From positions 3,472,001-3,536,000 of the forward strand of contig NW_024704742.1 of the NCBI RefSeq assembly GCF_018977255.1: a stretch of DNA of 64,000 bases, read 5' to 3'. Positions 1-12,559 of the stretch are shown in pieces. Each line of letters opens with the position of its first letter. Position 1 is the first letter of the stretch. Both the position numbers and the translations under genes were made by a program. Source of the DNA: Callorhinchus milii. Lineage: Eukaryota. The notes beneath the pieces were generated by a model that was not told where the DNA came from, ran no database searches, and saw nothing but the letters and a program-made list of their open reading frames with translations.

Positions 1-208
1 ACCGTATATTTGTGGGCGAAACCCGGCAGCCAATTGCGCACAGCAATGTCCCACAAACAGTCGTGGATTGAAATGACCAATGTATTATTGTTTTGTTTTG
101 GAGGGATTATTATCAGGCGTGTGGGGTAAGGAAACTTGCCCAAGGTTTCGCCCTCTGCCTGGAATTGAACCCGGGTGTCTCGCTTGCAAGGCGAGTGCTC
201 CAACCACA
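1..208 (-). mobile_element. SINE family A (tRNA head + short CORE-like + Deu), cut by window edge
   Basis: Reverse complement closely matches 55137-55350 (gggcaagtttccttac, gtgggacattgctgtgcgcaattggctgcc). Confidence 0.85.
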
Positions 209-819
209 TCGCCCCGTAATAGTACGGCTTGTAAAATCGGCTCCGCAGAGATGATCCTCGCGACACCCTTTTTAGATCGCAGGGGCCCCTGACCTCTGAC
301 GATGCTTCGGAGGGCCTTCACACTTCAATGTGCAAGGGACAACTACTTTCCCTGTCGTGACAGATTGGAAGTGATGCAGCTGATGTTTTGAATTTGGCTC
401 ACCGGCCGCGTTGCGTAATAGCAAAACAAAGAAATATAATGAGCGCTTCTCCAGCTTATTTTCACCCAGCTGCTTTCCTCGCAGCCCAATTTGTGCAATG
501 AGCTGTTCCACGCCGCCCTTGACACTTCTCGCACAACCTCCCCCAATTAGGCAGGAAATCCACAGACAAAATACAACGCAGCGATTGACCAATTCGAGAG
601 CTGACTGACTCATTGTTGGACGGAATGAAGGAGGGAACTGTAAGTTGCTCTGTTGGCAATCGGAGGGTCCATTGCCCAGGGCCAGATCTCCGATGGCGTT
701 CACCATTGCAAAAAAAAAAATGACACTGAAGAGGCAATATTATCCACAGAAGGAGCACTTAGAAAACAGTCAGGTTACCAGTCACCACAAAAAACAAGAG
801 CAACGAGAGAAGCCAATGA

Positions 820-1537
820 ATAGTAATAATCATCCTCGCATTTGATATAGCGCCTGATCACATCTTCGAGACGTCTCAAAGCGCTTCACAGAATATTACT
901 GTAAAGTGATTGACTGTGTATTTTGCGGCAGCCAATTAATAATAATGATAATAATAATTCTTGAATTTGATATAGCGCTTTTCACGTCGGGAGGACGTCC
1001 CAAAGCGCTTCACAGAATATACTAAAGTGAATTGACTGTATATTTGTGGGCGAACGCGGCAGCCAATTGCGCACAGCAATGTCCCACAAACAGTCGTAGA
1101 TTGAAAATGACCAATTTATTATTGTTTTTGGTTTTGGAGGGATTATTATTAGGCTCTGTGTGGAGTAAGGAAACTTGCCCAAGGTTTCGCCCTCTGCTTG
1201 GAATTGAACTCAGGTCTCTCACTTGCAAAGCGAGTGCTCTAACCACTGAGCTACAGGACTCCACGACTCCCAATTGCGCACAGCATAGTCGCACAAACAT
1301 TCATGGATTGAGTGACCACATTATTATTTATTTATCTATTTATTTGGAAGGGATTCTAACCCTCGGAAAAGCGATCCGCCAATCGACTAACAACCGGGTT
1401 CCTATTTACTGCTAGGTAAACGGAGGCGTGTGGAGTGAGGAAACTTGCCCAACTTTTCACCCTGCCCGGGAATCGAACCCAGGTCCTCTCACTTGCGAGG
1501 CGAGCGCTCTAAGCACCAAGCTACAGGACTCCACGAT
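820..1537 (-). mobile_element. Older SINE family A copy (full CORE-like block), split by a nested younger copy
   Basis: Tail at 820-937 and head/body at 1270-1537 join into one continuous element at gcagccaatt|gcgcacagc. Confidence 0.8.
938..1269 (-). mobile_element. Young full-length SINE family A copy, nested, TSD ccaatt
   Basis: tRNA-like head, Deu block, L2-type tail and (ATT)n. ccaatt occurs at 932-937 and 1270-1275. Confidence 0.9.
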
Positions 1538-1810
1538 GGATGCAGAGCTCTGGTGGAACATGTAGTGCACTTACTCTATAAACTTGTGAGGCTCAACAAG
1601 AGCCTGGCTCAGTCAGTAGCACTCTCTTCTCCAAGTCAGAAGGTTGTGGGTTCAAGCACACCTACACAATGACTTGAAGTAAATGTGGTCATGCTGATAT
1701 CCTGAGGAATCTCATTCTCCGCAAAGCGTTTCAATTGTAACTGATGGATCGCTAATTTAATCTATATTACTGAAGTAATGAAACTCAACATCACCCATGA
1801 TCAATAATCA

Positions 1811-2270
1811 TCAGCCTGACTCAGCTGGCAGCATTCTCGGGCTGGGACTGGGACTCGGACTGGGACGTCCTCCTGACGTGAAAGGCGCTTTATAAATGGA
1901 ATCTTGTTGTTGTTGTTGTTGTTGGGTTAAACGATTCAGGGCTCAAAACTCACAACAGTACTCGAAGCTCATAGTCCATAAGTTGCCCGGCCCTGGGATA
2001 GACTGACATTCCAATGCAGCGCTAGGGGAGGTGGATTTTTAAAGATCTTCAGCACTCAAAACGAGAAGGGAGATTCTCCTGGTGCTCTGACCCCAGCTAA
2101 AATTGGTTATTCACTTTGTGGCTGTTTGTGGGACAATACTGTGTGCAAATTGACTGCCACATTCACCCACAAAACACACAACCACTACTATACTTTACAG
2201 TGTATCCTGTGAAGCACTTTTGAGACGTCCTCCCCATGTGAACGGTGCTATATCGTAATGCAAGGATTTT
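1811..2270 (+). mobile_element. Decayed Deu-domain SINE (family B) interrupted by an L2 tail
   Basis: Head tcagcctgactcagctggcagcattctc; Deu block gctgtttgtgggacaatactgtgtgcaaattgactgcc; tail aatgcaaggatt. Confidence 0.7.
1861..1924 (+). mobile_element. L2 LINE extreme 3' end (stem-loop + (GTT)n)
   Basis: gggacgtcctcctgacgtgaaaggcgctttataaatggaatcttgttgtt, identical to the end of the L2 at 26158-26485. Confidence 0.85.
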
Positions 2271-3044
2271 CAAATCCAAATACAAGGATTATAGTGCATA
2301 AGAAGGTACTGTATTCTGCTGCGGGGATAATAATTATTATTTACGTATGGTATAGTGGCTTTCATGTCAAGATGATACCCCAAACATTTCGTAGGATTAG
2401 CTGATAAATGCTAACGTTCTGAAGTTCTTGACTGAATCCATAGGTAGAAATTTTGGGATTACAGCACCTTTAATGTTAGGGGGACATCTCAAAATGCTTC
2501 ACCCAGCTGATCGGGCACCGTAGCTGGCGTTGTGGGGGAGGGAGTTGATTAAGGTAATTGGGGGAAAGATGACCAAAAGCGTAGTCGAAAAGTATTAAGG
2601 TGGGCTTTAAGGGTGGGGCAGGAGGTGGCGTCTTTTGGGGAAAAAGAAAAGAAAGGCCTCGATCTGTGTTGGCTTCAGTAGGCTGGCTCCTGTTCATGTT
2701 CAGGGATTTGCACACAATGAATGCAAATTCCTTCTCCGTCAGCCATGGTGACAAGAAACTCTCATTGTCTGCTTCAGTTACAGAACAGGAAGATGCTGGT
2801 GTTGAGTTAATAGGTTTTTGTCAAGCTCCACTGGATCATGGTCTGAATACTCCTTTGCCTCATACAATCACATGGGAACCACTCTCCCTACCTGTCTGGC
2901 ATTCCTGAACATTATTACAGATTTCTCTGCAGGGACACGGGGCAAGGGTAGAATTCTGCAACTGTTCAGTCACCTCCTGTCAAACGAATAACGTCAGTGT
3001 CCTTTGTGCTGTTCTACTCCAAATCTGTCCGTCCCCCCGCACCA

Positions 3045-3225
3045 CCCTCCAAAAAAAACAAATAAATAAGTAATTTGGTCACTCAATCCACGACCATTTG
3101 TGGGAGACTGCTGTGTGCTTACAAAATAAACAGTCAATTCGCTTTACAATATATTCCGTGAAGGGCTTTGAGACTTCTCAATAGTGCGATAAGGCGCTAA
3201 ATCAAATGCAAGGATTATTATTGTT
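3045..3225 (+). mobile_element. 5'-truncated SINE family A
   Basis: ttggtcactcaatccacgac...aaggcgctaaatcaaatgcaaggattatt. Confidence 0.75.
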
Positions 3226-4579
3226 ACTATTGACATTGTCATTATTATTGTAGTGAGGACCACGGGTTCTCGATCTACTCCATATCCACACTCGTTCTGG
3301 CACTTAAAACACAACACTTTTATACAGTTCAGTAGCTCCTCGCTGCTAACACCCTCTGAATCCCTTCCCGGCCAGAGGAAGCTGAACTTTTGCACTGTGC
3401 AGTGTGGTGAATGCTCCTGGAAGCCACCAGCTGGTGCTGTGGGCTTGAATTCCCCCCTGTGCCAGAGTACACAACAATAAGAAAAAAAAGTTCTGTTGAC
3501 TTAATTTGACACGTCAGATTCTTCGGATTTCTACACGCTTTCCTCCTCTTCCGAAAGTGCCGACGGATGTTTTTCTGGTACCTCGGCTAAAGATAATTTG
3601 TCATGGGGGCGCCCAAGAAGTAAGCCTCCACAGAAGCTCCATCCTGTCTCCCCCGCCATCGTCCAGGTTGCGTCACAAGATGATAAAGGAGGCTCGGATG
3701 AAAAAGCCCCTATCTACGTGTTGGATCTCAACCGTCCGGAATACCCACCCTACCCTCTCCTCTGTCCATCACAGGATCAAGCCGTTTCTTCATCAAGTCC
3801 CAGTGCCCCGGCCTCAACTGTTTCCTAATGGGATCCTGAGTCCTGGCCTCTCGATAGCCTGTTCTACTGAAGGCAACACTTTCTGGTGTCTGCCCTGACC
3901 TGGTGCTTCACAACTCTAAATCAGTGATCTCTGACGTTCACTGTGACTAAGTGTTCTCCTCCTTACACTCGGGAATCTGATGTGAATTATGAGGGCCTGT
4001 CATCGCCCCCCTCCCCCATTGTCGCAGCTGTGATCAGCTCATACCTCACAGACCAGGGCCAGAGGGCTTCCCGAACTCCATGACTCACTGTTCCATCACG
4101 TATTACATTTTACCACTGGGACGGGAAGGCTATATTAAATCATTTCTTTGGAGACTTGTGAAGGTTACTGCAAAGTTAATTCGGAGTTTCACTGGTGCGA
4201 GCGTGATGTATTGAGGGAGCTACCTGTGGTGTGATTTTTTACGTACTGCATTCAACGCAGTTCAGAAAATTGTGGCAAACACCCATATTTACGGGCTATT
4301 GAAAGTTATCCAGTATTTGGTTGTTAGACTACCCGATACTTAAAATCGATTCCTTGAAATCGTGAAGCACCAACTTGCCGCGCAGGAGTAAAAGGCAAAT
4401 CACCTCAGACCCACTTCAGAGCCATCGATTAGCAAGAGGATGGGCTGAAGGAAGTACAGCTGCTCATAGTCAGACAACACGTGGCACTACAAGAAGAGAG
4501 ACAGGAGATGACGTGTCTGTCACATCCAGCCGACGTGGATAGAGGCAGATCACTGAGTCACCCTTACACAATATTAGTG

Positions 4580-4732
4580 TGTCAGCCTGGCTTACTTGGT
4601 AGCACTCTCGGCTCTGAGTCAGATAGTTGCAGGGTTCAAGCCCCGCTTTCGGTTACTTGAACCCTCACGGTTCAGGCTGACAGTCCAGCTGGGGGAACAC
4701 TGCATAGTGGAAGGTGTGCCTTTCAGATAAAA
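4580..4732 (+). mobile_element. Deu-SINE family B head fragment
   Basis: gtcagcctggcttacttggtagcactctcggctctgagtcaga...gggttcaagccc (A-box/B-box-like). Confidence 0.7.
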
Positions 4733-4734
4733 CA

Positions 4735-4895
4735 ACTGGAATAGATTGCCAGAAAGGCGGTCGAGGCCAGGACACTGGACTCTTTTAAAAAGCAGTTTAA
4801 CGCTGTGAAGGGGTTAGTGGGGAGGGGCGGTAAGATTGGTGAGCTGGAGGGATGAGATCAGATGGGCCAAAGGGCTTCGACGTCCAAACCAATCT
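4735..4895 (+). mobile_element. CR1-like LINE 3' fragment
   Basis: Decayed WNRLP...FKKQL end followed by 3' UTR gatgggccaaagggc; related to 22405-22525. Confidence 0.6.
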
Positions 4896-5439
4896 TCACA
4901 ACCACAGTGTTTTGTGGGCCTGGGTAGTCTAAAGCTTGACTGTTTGTCCCTACCTAAAACAGCACACCCGCAAATAAGCTTGGAAGGAGCGAAGCCACGT
5001 GTAGCTGAGAACTGTAGTAACTGAGAGAAGGGCTACTGAGAGGGCACTTGATAAGAGAGAAGCCAGCCAGACAGACAATTGTAAACTTGTGACAGGGATT
5101 TTTAGTATCCACCTGAAGTACAGCCAATACTGTCTTGAGGTCTCATTCAAAAGGTGGTTCCTCTGACACTCACCTAATCCTGTCTAGACCGTCTAGAGCG
5201 TTAGACCTGTAGTCTCAGCCTCCATTTCCCAGTCGTTACTTTAATCCAAATGGAGTCTCCTACTGGAAAATGCTTCAAGCAACAATCCAGCCAGTTGCAC
5301 CTCACTTAGACCACATTTAATGCATACAGATCGTTTAAGGCACAAACTGGACATATATCGACAGTGTAATCAAACAAACTGAAAGAATCCCTGCTTTTAC
5401 CAGGGAGAACGAACACTGGTGACCAATCTTTTCACTTGT

Positions 5440-5668
5440 CACCATCCCGTCACGCTCAAGAAATACTTGATCTTGAAGGGAGTTCCTCCCAGTGTCCTGG
5501 CCAACAATCTCCCAGATAAAATTGGTCATCCACTTCATACCTGTTTGTGGGACATTGCTGTGTTCAAATTAGCTGCCATGTTCACCCACAAAACATACCC
5601 AATCACTCTACTTTATAGTATATCCTGTGAAACGCTTTGAGACGTCTCAACTGCATTATAACAAATGC
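5440..5668 (+). mobile_element. Deu-SINE family B 3' half
   Basis: gtgtcctggccaacaatctcc...gtttgtgggacattgctgtg...aaacgctttgagacgtc. Confidence 0.75.
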
Positions 5669-5758
5669 AACAACAACAACAACAACAACAAGATTCCATT
5701 TATAGAGCGCCTTTCACGTCGGGAGGATATCCCAAGGCGCTGGACAGTTGGGTCGGGA
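5668..5758 (-). mobile_element. L2 extreme 3' end inserted at a SINE tail
   Basis: (AAC)n aagattccatttatagagcgcctttcacgtc. Confidence 0.85.
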
Positions 5759-7913
5759 TAATAATAATAATTATTATTATTACAAGCCTTTAGGGTACAA
5801 ACTCTGCCATTCCACCAATGGTTTGGCCAGCAGAAGGCTTCCCAAATGACTTTTTAAGCAGCAAAAAAATTCGATCCAGTTGCTGGAGGCCCAACAGCTG
5901 TTTGGAAGAAACAAGGTGCAAGGCAACAATTTTGGGCAGTCAGGGCTGCAGCGTGTGCAAAAATGAACGTCTCCTTTGTATACGGAGCAAGTTGAGCAGC
6001 TCTGAGCAAAATCCTTCCGTCACCAGAGGAGGTGAGCTGCATACCCTACCAAACACAAGCCACCAGCTCGGGATAAAGCTCATAATTTCTGCTAGTAAAT
6101 AATATCTTGGAAAATAATATTTCGGGATACAATTTGGGACACGACACGTCAAGCAACTGCCAGGATGGTGGAAGGCGAACTAGATGGACCTTGGTCTTCT
6201 TTCGCCCCGCAAATTCTTATGCCCTTATCCCAATTCCGTATCAATTTACTTCAAGGCCAAGGTCACGTTTGGTGTTCTCTTTTTTTGTAACCGAGTCAAA
6301 CCCAAACAATGTTCGGCTGTAAAAAGGGGCAATTTATCATCTGAAGCTCCCAGGGACAAAAACATCTTGACACGTTGCAGGAGAGATCCACGGTTAGGCT
6401 GTAGGTGGTAGCATTAGCTCCCCGTTCATTCTCCTGTTTTTTTTTTCCATTCGCAGCTGGGAGATTTGTTTACATTTCTGAGCCGAGGCAACATTTCTGT
6501 CTTGCACATCAGAATGTCCCAAATATTCCAAACACATTACCCAGTGCTCTGAACTATGCCCAGGGCTGCAAGAAGCATTCAAAATGTATCAGCCTGTCCG
6601 TGCACGTACGCTGCTAGCGAAACACTGTGCTCGTTCCGAAGAAGCTCAAGGTGACTGTGGAAAAACGAACCGTCTTAATGACTTGAAGCCTTCTTCTTTA
6701 CGTTTCTAACGATGTTTAAAATCCTTCTGCTTTTTTTGGGGGTTCGAAACCTAAACGAAATTGTAACAATTTGACCGACGGGCAGATCGCCTGCAGCGAG
6801 CTGTTACCTCTCGACACAAGCAGGCCTTCGGAGGCTTTCGTTCCCGTCCTCGGCCGAAACACACCAATTGTCGTCGAAGGGGCAGAATGAGGCCAAATAT
6901 TCCAAGAGCCTCCAGGTGTTGCTCGAGCAGGTGACAGAAACAGGTTTAGACCACGCCGTAAACCTTGGCTTGACATGGCAGCACTGCACATCAGGCCACT
7001 AAAACCGAATCCACTGTGTTGGCGGTTCTCGAGCGTTCCACTCTGTGCTCAGGGGAGCACCAGTGGAACGCGGTGGCTTCGGGCGAACCAGCAAACTCAC
7101 AGGGCCCCAAACCTTGGCCCTCGCCTTGACTCGGAGTCTTGCCGAACATATGCGCAGACAAACTCACTGCCCAACATCAATCGGTAGATCAATACTCCGA
7201 CAGACGGCGTCGTATGAACTCGGCTGATACTTCTAGGTTGGATGTGTGCGTTGAAATATTAGCAGAACACTTTGAAGTTTTGTCAATGGCCATCAATTTA
7301 TTAGCATATTAATATCTCTCCCAACAGAGAATTACTGCAGCCTTTCCAGACTGCCCTGGCACACCATGTTAATACTGTTCAGACATATTTTGAGGAGTGA
7401 AATATTGATGTACGCATCAGAAGGCTAAATGTTATTCATTACAAAGCAGATAATAGCGTACCTGACCCAGTGCCTCCATAGTAACAATGCATTGTTTTGG
7501 ATTAGGATTCAACCCACTATCCACTCATCACTGCTACATTTAGGCAGCGCAGCTGTGGGTTATGGCTTGAGAGTCTGGCGGCACACCAATGTTTCCACTG
7601 CATGGTAAATGGCAGGTTGTGGGACTTTGCTGTGCGCAAATTGTTTGCCTTGTTTCACCCACAAAACACACGATCACTACACCTCGCAGCATATCCTATG
7701 AAGCACTTTGAGATGTCCTGTCGGCGTGATAGGCGTTGTATCAATTGGAAGAATTATTATTATTACTATTGTTATTATTATTATGTTGAAGAAACTTCTG
7801 AAGACGTTACGTTACATTCGAGCTGAATTTTCAGGACTCTCATTTCTTACTTTGCGAAGTTATTACGAGGATTGTTTATTTGTTTATTAATTGCACAGCA
7901 CCGGGACCTGGCT

Positions 7914-7937
7914 GGGGGGGGGGGGGGGGGGGGGGGA
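7914..7937. repeat. poly-G tract
   Basis: Run of about 24 G. Confidence 0.95.
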
Positions 7938-8469
7938 ACGATCTGCACAGGACGTGACCAGAGCCCTGGCAGGCAACGTCACTTTGATATCCGGAGGCAT
8001 TGCTTCTCGTGGAGGAGACTGCGAAGCATCTGTTGAAGTGCTGTTGAAGTGAGGGCAGCTGGCAGCAGCGGGGGCTGCAAGGCAAATGAATGTAATAGCA
8101 ATAGATGTAATCCACAGGCATCCCTCGTGCTAACAAAAAACACTCAAGAGCCAAGCATATCCTCCAGACGTGCTCGGTAGGCCGAGAGCAGTGGCACACT
8201 TTGAATTGTATAGCACTGGAGTAATGTGCCACAAGGTGATAGGATGTGCTATGTTGCACCTTGGATTCCTTCACGTGTTGAATTCCCTGCCTCTGCTCGT
8301 CCTTGTTGGGCACAGCACTGAGCGGAGAGAGGGGCCAGACATCAGGACAGTCACTTGGGACCGCTCTCACGTCGTAGCATCCCTTAAAACCACTCTGAGA
8401 GAGTCTGTCCTGAAACCGACCTTCGCAACTGCTCGCTCTGGTCAGGTCGGGTAAAGACACAGAAAAAGC

Positions 8470-8830
8470 TTTCCTTAAAGACAAATCAACCCCACTCGCC
8501 CCCGCGATCTCCCCATAACACTGCAAACTTGTCCTCCCCAAATAATTATCTACTTCTCTCTTAAAAGTTGTTGTCGAATCGGCTTCCACCGGCCTTTCAG
8601 GCAATGCATTCCAGATCCCAACAACTCGCTGTGTGAAAAAAGAATTCTCCTCACCTCCCCTCTGTTTCTTTGACCCACTATTTTAAATCGGTGTCCTCAG
8701 GTTCCCGACCCACCCGCCAGCGGAAATAGTTTCTCCTTGTTCACCCTATCGAATCCCCTCACAATTTCTGAAACTTCTATGAAGTCTCCTCTTAACCTGC
8801 TCCGCTCCAAGGAGAATAATCCCAGCCTAA
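8470..8830 (-). mobile_element. CR1 LINE ORF2 C-terminal fragment
   Basis: Translates LGLFSLERSRLRGDFIEV...GFDRVNKEKLFPL and PERPVEADSTTTFKREVDNYL, a typical CR1 ORF2 end. Confidence 0.9.
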
Positions 8831-9299
8831 ACGAATAATGAAAAATTATAAACAAAATCTCCTGCATAAAACAGTACAACACTTAACGTGGGCATTTTAT
8901 AGTCGATGAGGAAGCTGCGCCTTTCGAATTCCATTCACACATGGAACTTTCCCGCATCTACGTGCCTCGGCCATCGACGCGTCTGCACTTAGAATGTGTG
9001 TTTATAAACCGGAAATAAAAGGCGCTGGAAATCAAATGCATTTGACTCTCATCATCATTCAGCCACTTAAAGGCCGATGTTTAGATCCAACGCAGTGAAA
9101 CCAGGAGACGACTCAGGTTGTCACAGGCCACGTAAAAGACGATAGGTACTTTTATAGGTCCGAGGTACTTTGTAACCTACATTACGAAGGGAATTTGAAA
9201 TATTGATACTCTGCCACTAGATGTCACTGTCATATTTAGTAAATACAGTGATCACTTCCCTCTTTATAATCATCACGGTGTTTGGGATTCGTATAATGT

Positions 9300-10110
9300 C
9301 CATGTGCAATACTAAGGGCTCGACGACTCTATTTATTGCGGGGCCCGTGTGACAAGGAAATGGCCGACTTATGAGCAATAAGTGACCACCGACATCACTT
9401 CCCGCTTTGCGCGCGCGCGCACACGGGCACACAGCAAAACAGGAAGCGACATCGGCGGTGATCGAATGACCCAGAAGTCAGCCGTTTTAGCTCAAAAAGC
9501 CACCGGCGCAGAAAGCCAGCCACGTAACCGACACAGCCACGTTGTAATCAAATCGACACGATCAAGAACGCCTCCGCGGTTCGATCGCAAACACTTTTTT
9601 ACGATGATAAATCCGACGGCAAACCCAAAAAAAAAAAAGATCACTGAAGTTAACGATCAGTGTCTGATGGATCCCGGTGCCAATATATGCACGGCCTCTC
9701 GCGTAAAACAGGATCCAATTTTTTTTCAAAAACGATAATAATCCACTCATCGGAGGAGGAATTCTTTCTATGACGTATCACGTGTCTGCAAGGCAGTCGC
9801 AAACACTTTCCTAAGAGGGTTATGGGAACCTAACTTGACGTTCAGGTTGCGAGTAGTTCTCTCTTAGACAGCAGGTTGTGGGTTCATGGACCTCATCGGC
9901 ACTGGAACTTACAACCAACGGCAGATTGCGTTTACAAAGCGCCCTTCGCCCGGAGAAGCGTCCCGGAGCTCTTCGAGGCTTACACGCCTGCGAGAGGGGA
10001 AGGGTCTGATTGTGCTGCTGCCTCGGTGCCCAGGAGAGGGGGAGTGGGCAAACAGCTCTGCGACCTGCCGTTATCACCTTGTTCTGCAGTTTGCCATTTT
10101 AAATTAAACT
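9300..10110. promoter_or_regulatory. CpG-rich promoter/enhancer-like block
   Basis: High CpG density, inverted ETS-like cores, tgcgcgcgcgcgca palindrome, CCAAT, tgacgt/tcacgtg, gccatttt (YY1-like); few repeats. Confidence 0.4.
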
Positions 10111-11302
10111 GAACACTACACAGCACAATACAAATGTACAATCACACCAACGCCTATTCACATCAGGAGGACGTCCCGAGCGCTTAAGAATCCTGGTTTG
10201 TCACCCACGCTGCGGGTGAGGGGGGGGTGGGGTGTCGAAGTCACGAGGAGGTTGGGGCTAGGAAATACGACCGAAAACACAAAAAGGAACGCGTCTTAAA
10301 ACGCGTCTCGCACGAGGTGAGGCAAGGAGCGAGTCAGGGGAACACCGGGATGGAGCGCCAGAGAGTGGGGATACAGTGGGAGTGGAGGTGGGGGTGAGGG
10401 TGAGTGGTGGGGGGAATTAAATCAGAAATTAACGCAGGAGCTTAAAGAGGCCCAACAGGTTTGAGCCAAGCCATCCCCAGGAATAAGCTAAAGGCTTGGG
10501 TCGCAGTGAGATCTCACTGACTCTCTCCGCCTGGTTCGGTTAAGCAGTTCAGGAGGCGACTGGAACATAACGAGATCGGTCGGTGTTCTTACAGCAGAGG
10601 CTGGAAGTAGAGACTAAACTGAAGAGCCGCTACAATAAAAAAAAGAACAGCTTGGTGTCCCTGCTTGTGGAAAGGGAAGAGGACAATTTGGGTCTATTCT
10701 TTTCCACACACACACACACACAACACACAACAAAAAAAACACTGCGATGGTTTTACTTGTAGGAACGAAACAAGATGGATTGTTTACCTTTAAAGCACAT
10801 GATTTACTCTCCCATGATCTACGTCTCAGCTCTGGAATCTGTCCGACTTGAGAACGGTTTTATCAGCTGTAAGCCACGACTTTTAACCAAGCCTGGAGCG
10901 TGGGGGGGGGGGCGGGAAGACATGCCCGTGGAAAATGAGAGCAGCCCAGAAGCCTCAAGGGGCTTGTGGAGGGGGAAAAAGGGCCGGGGGGGGGTGGGGG
11001 TTGGTGCGGGGGTAGCCTGGATGGTGGTGGTGGAGGGGGGGGACTAAGAAGCAAAGAAAAGCCTTAGTCTTTGCTAACTACACTACCTGTACAATGCATG
11101 TGTTCACTAACCCTGCAAACAACAGGGGGGTACCACAACAGCCTCAACGCAGCACATGTGGCAGTTTTATTACTTCACGTCTCAAGCAGAGACAGACAGT
11201 GTGTGTCAGAACTGCTAACTCAGGCCGAATGAAACACCCCTGCAAAGCCCTCTGTCCCCAATAATTAAATTGCGTTCAGAAACGGAGCAGGCTTCCTTTA
11301 CG

Positions 11303-11361
11303 GTGGGGTGGGGTGGGGTGGGGTGGGATGGTTGGGTGGGTGGGAGGGGGTCGGGGGGGGG
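11303..11361 (+). repeat. (GGGGT)n G-rich repeat, G-quadruplex-capable
   Basis: More than 4 runs of GGG/GGGG with short loops. Confidence 0.8.
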
Positions 11362-11849
11362 AAATAAAAATACAATGCTGACTTTTCAGACCGCTTAACT
11401 TCGTCGACCCCAATCCGTCAGCTTTTTCTACTAAAACAAACCCGAACGCTGGGCTCCCTCAGATTCCTGAGTAGCCTCAAAAGAAGCCCCCCCACCCCCC
11501 CACTCCCCCTTTACTTGCTCTCTGGGGCTGTACCAGTTGTAGTTGTTGTTGCTGTTGCGTTTACTACCAGTCTTTCTGTTACTGGAACAACTTGACCGTA
11601 CAAATCAAATACCGTAAAAACACTTTATTAGTAGATTGTGCTCTCAAGAGTCGAGATTTATTTTTCCCCTTCAAAAGTTTCCTGCAATCATGCCAAGACC
11701 TCACGTTTTATAATTCTGCAGATGCTCTTTATATTTCCAATGAGCGAAACATTCTGAGCTTAAAATATCGCCGCAATGTGTTGTCTGATAGTCAACGCAC
11801 GCACATCCCCGACCAGCTTGAAAGGACCTGCATGTCCTGCGGGAGCCTG

Positions 11850-12270
11850 AAGCGTGATCAAGCTCAGATATGGTTCGAGCTCCACCCTCGGGACCTTGAG
11901 CTCACAGTCTCACCTGAAGCTCCAACGCAGCTGTTTTGGAGGCGCTGCTCTTCGAACCGAGATCCCGTCCGCCTGTTCGGGTGGGTGCTAAAGATCCCAC
12001 GGCACGAGTTGAAAAGAGAAGGGGGTTTCTCCCGGTGTCCCAGCCGACAATCGCCCAATTAAATGGATCGTACAATTTCATCGCTGCTTCTTGGGGTCGC
12101 TGCTGCGGGCAAATTGGCTGCCTCGTTTATCTAAAAAGAACACTTCGCAGCAACTCCGGGTTCGGCTAGAATATCCGCACGGTCACTACACTTTAAAGGA
12201 AATCTTGTGAAGCGATTTTAGATGTCTTCCCGACGTGGGAGATGTTACGGTTCAAAGCAGGGAATATTAT
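11850..12270 (+). mobile_element. Decayed Deu-SINE family B
   Basis: gtccgcctgttcgggtgggtgctaaagatccc...ggtgtcccagccgaca...aaattggctgcc. Confidence 0.7.
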
Positions 12271-12559
12271 TTCGCCCCCCCCCCCTCCAACCAGGATACA
12301 GGACGTGTGCTGACCGCTACAGACAGCCGGAGCAATTCCAGCGTACGAAACTTGTCGATTTCAGATGCGTTCAATGTGATCAAATTGGCCGCATTGTGAG
12401 ACGCCACAAATTTAGAATCACTTGTAAAACGCACGCCCTCCCCCTCACACCCCCTCCCACCCCACACACCCACACACACACACAGAAGGTCCATCGAACA
12501 GCCATGAGGTGGAATGACCAATTAATCTGAAGGCTTGATCGGCCGGACCAATGGGAGAA

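Noticed and set aside
1032-1415. Recurrent '[18 protein letters not shown]' ORFs (also at 50338)
   Set aside because: Antisense translation of SINE family A.
7876-8604. Longest ORF in the window (242 aa)
   Set aside because: Begins in a CR1 remnant and ends in a poly-G tract; no recognisable domain between them.
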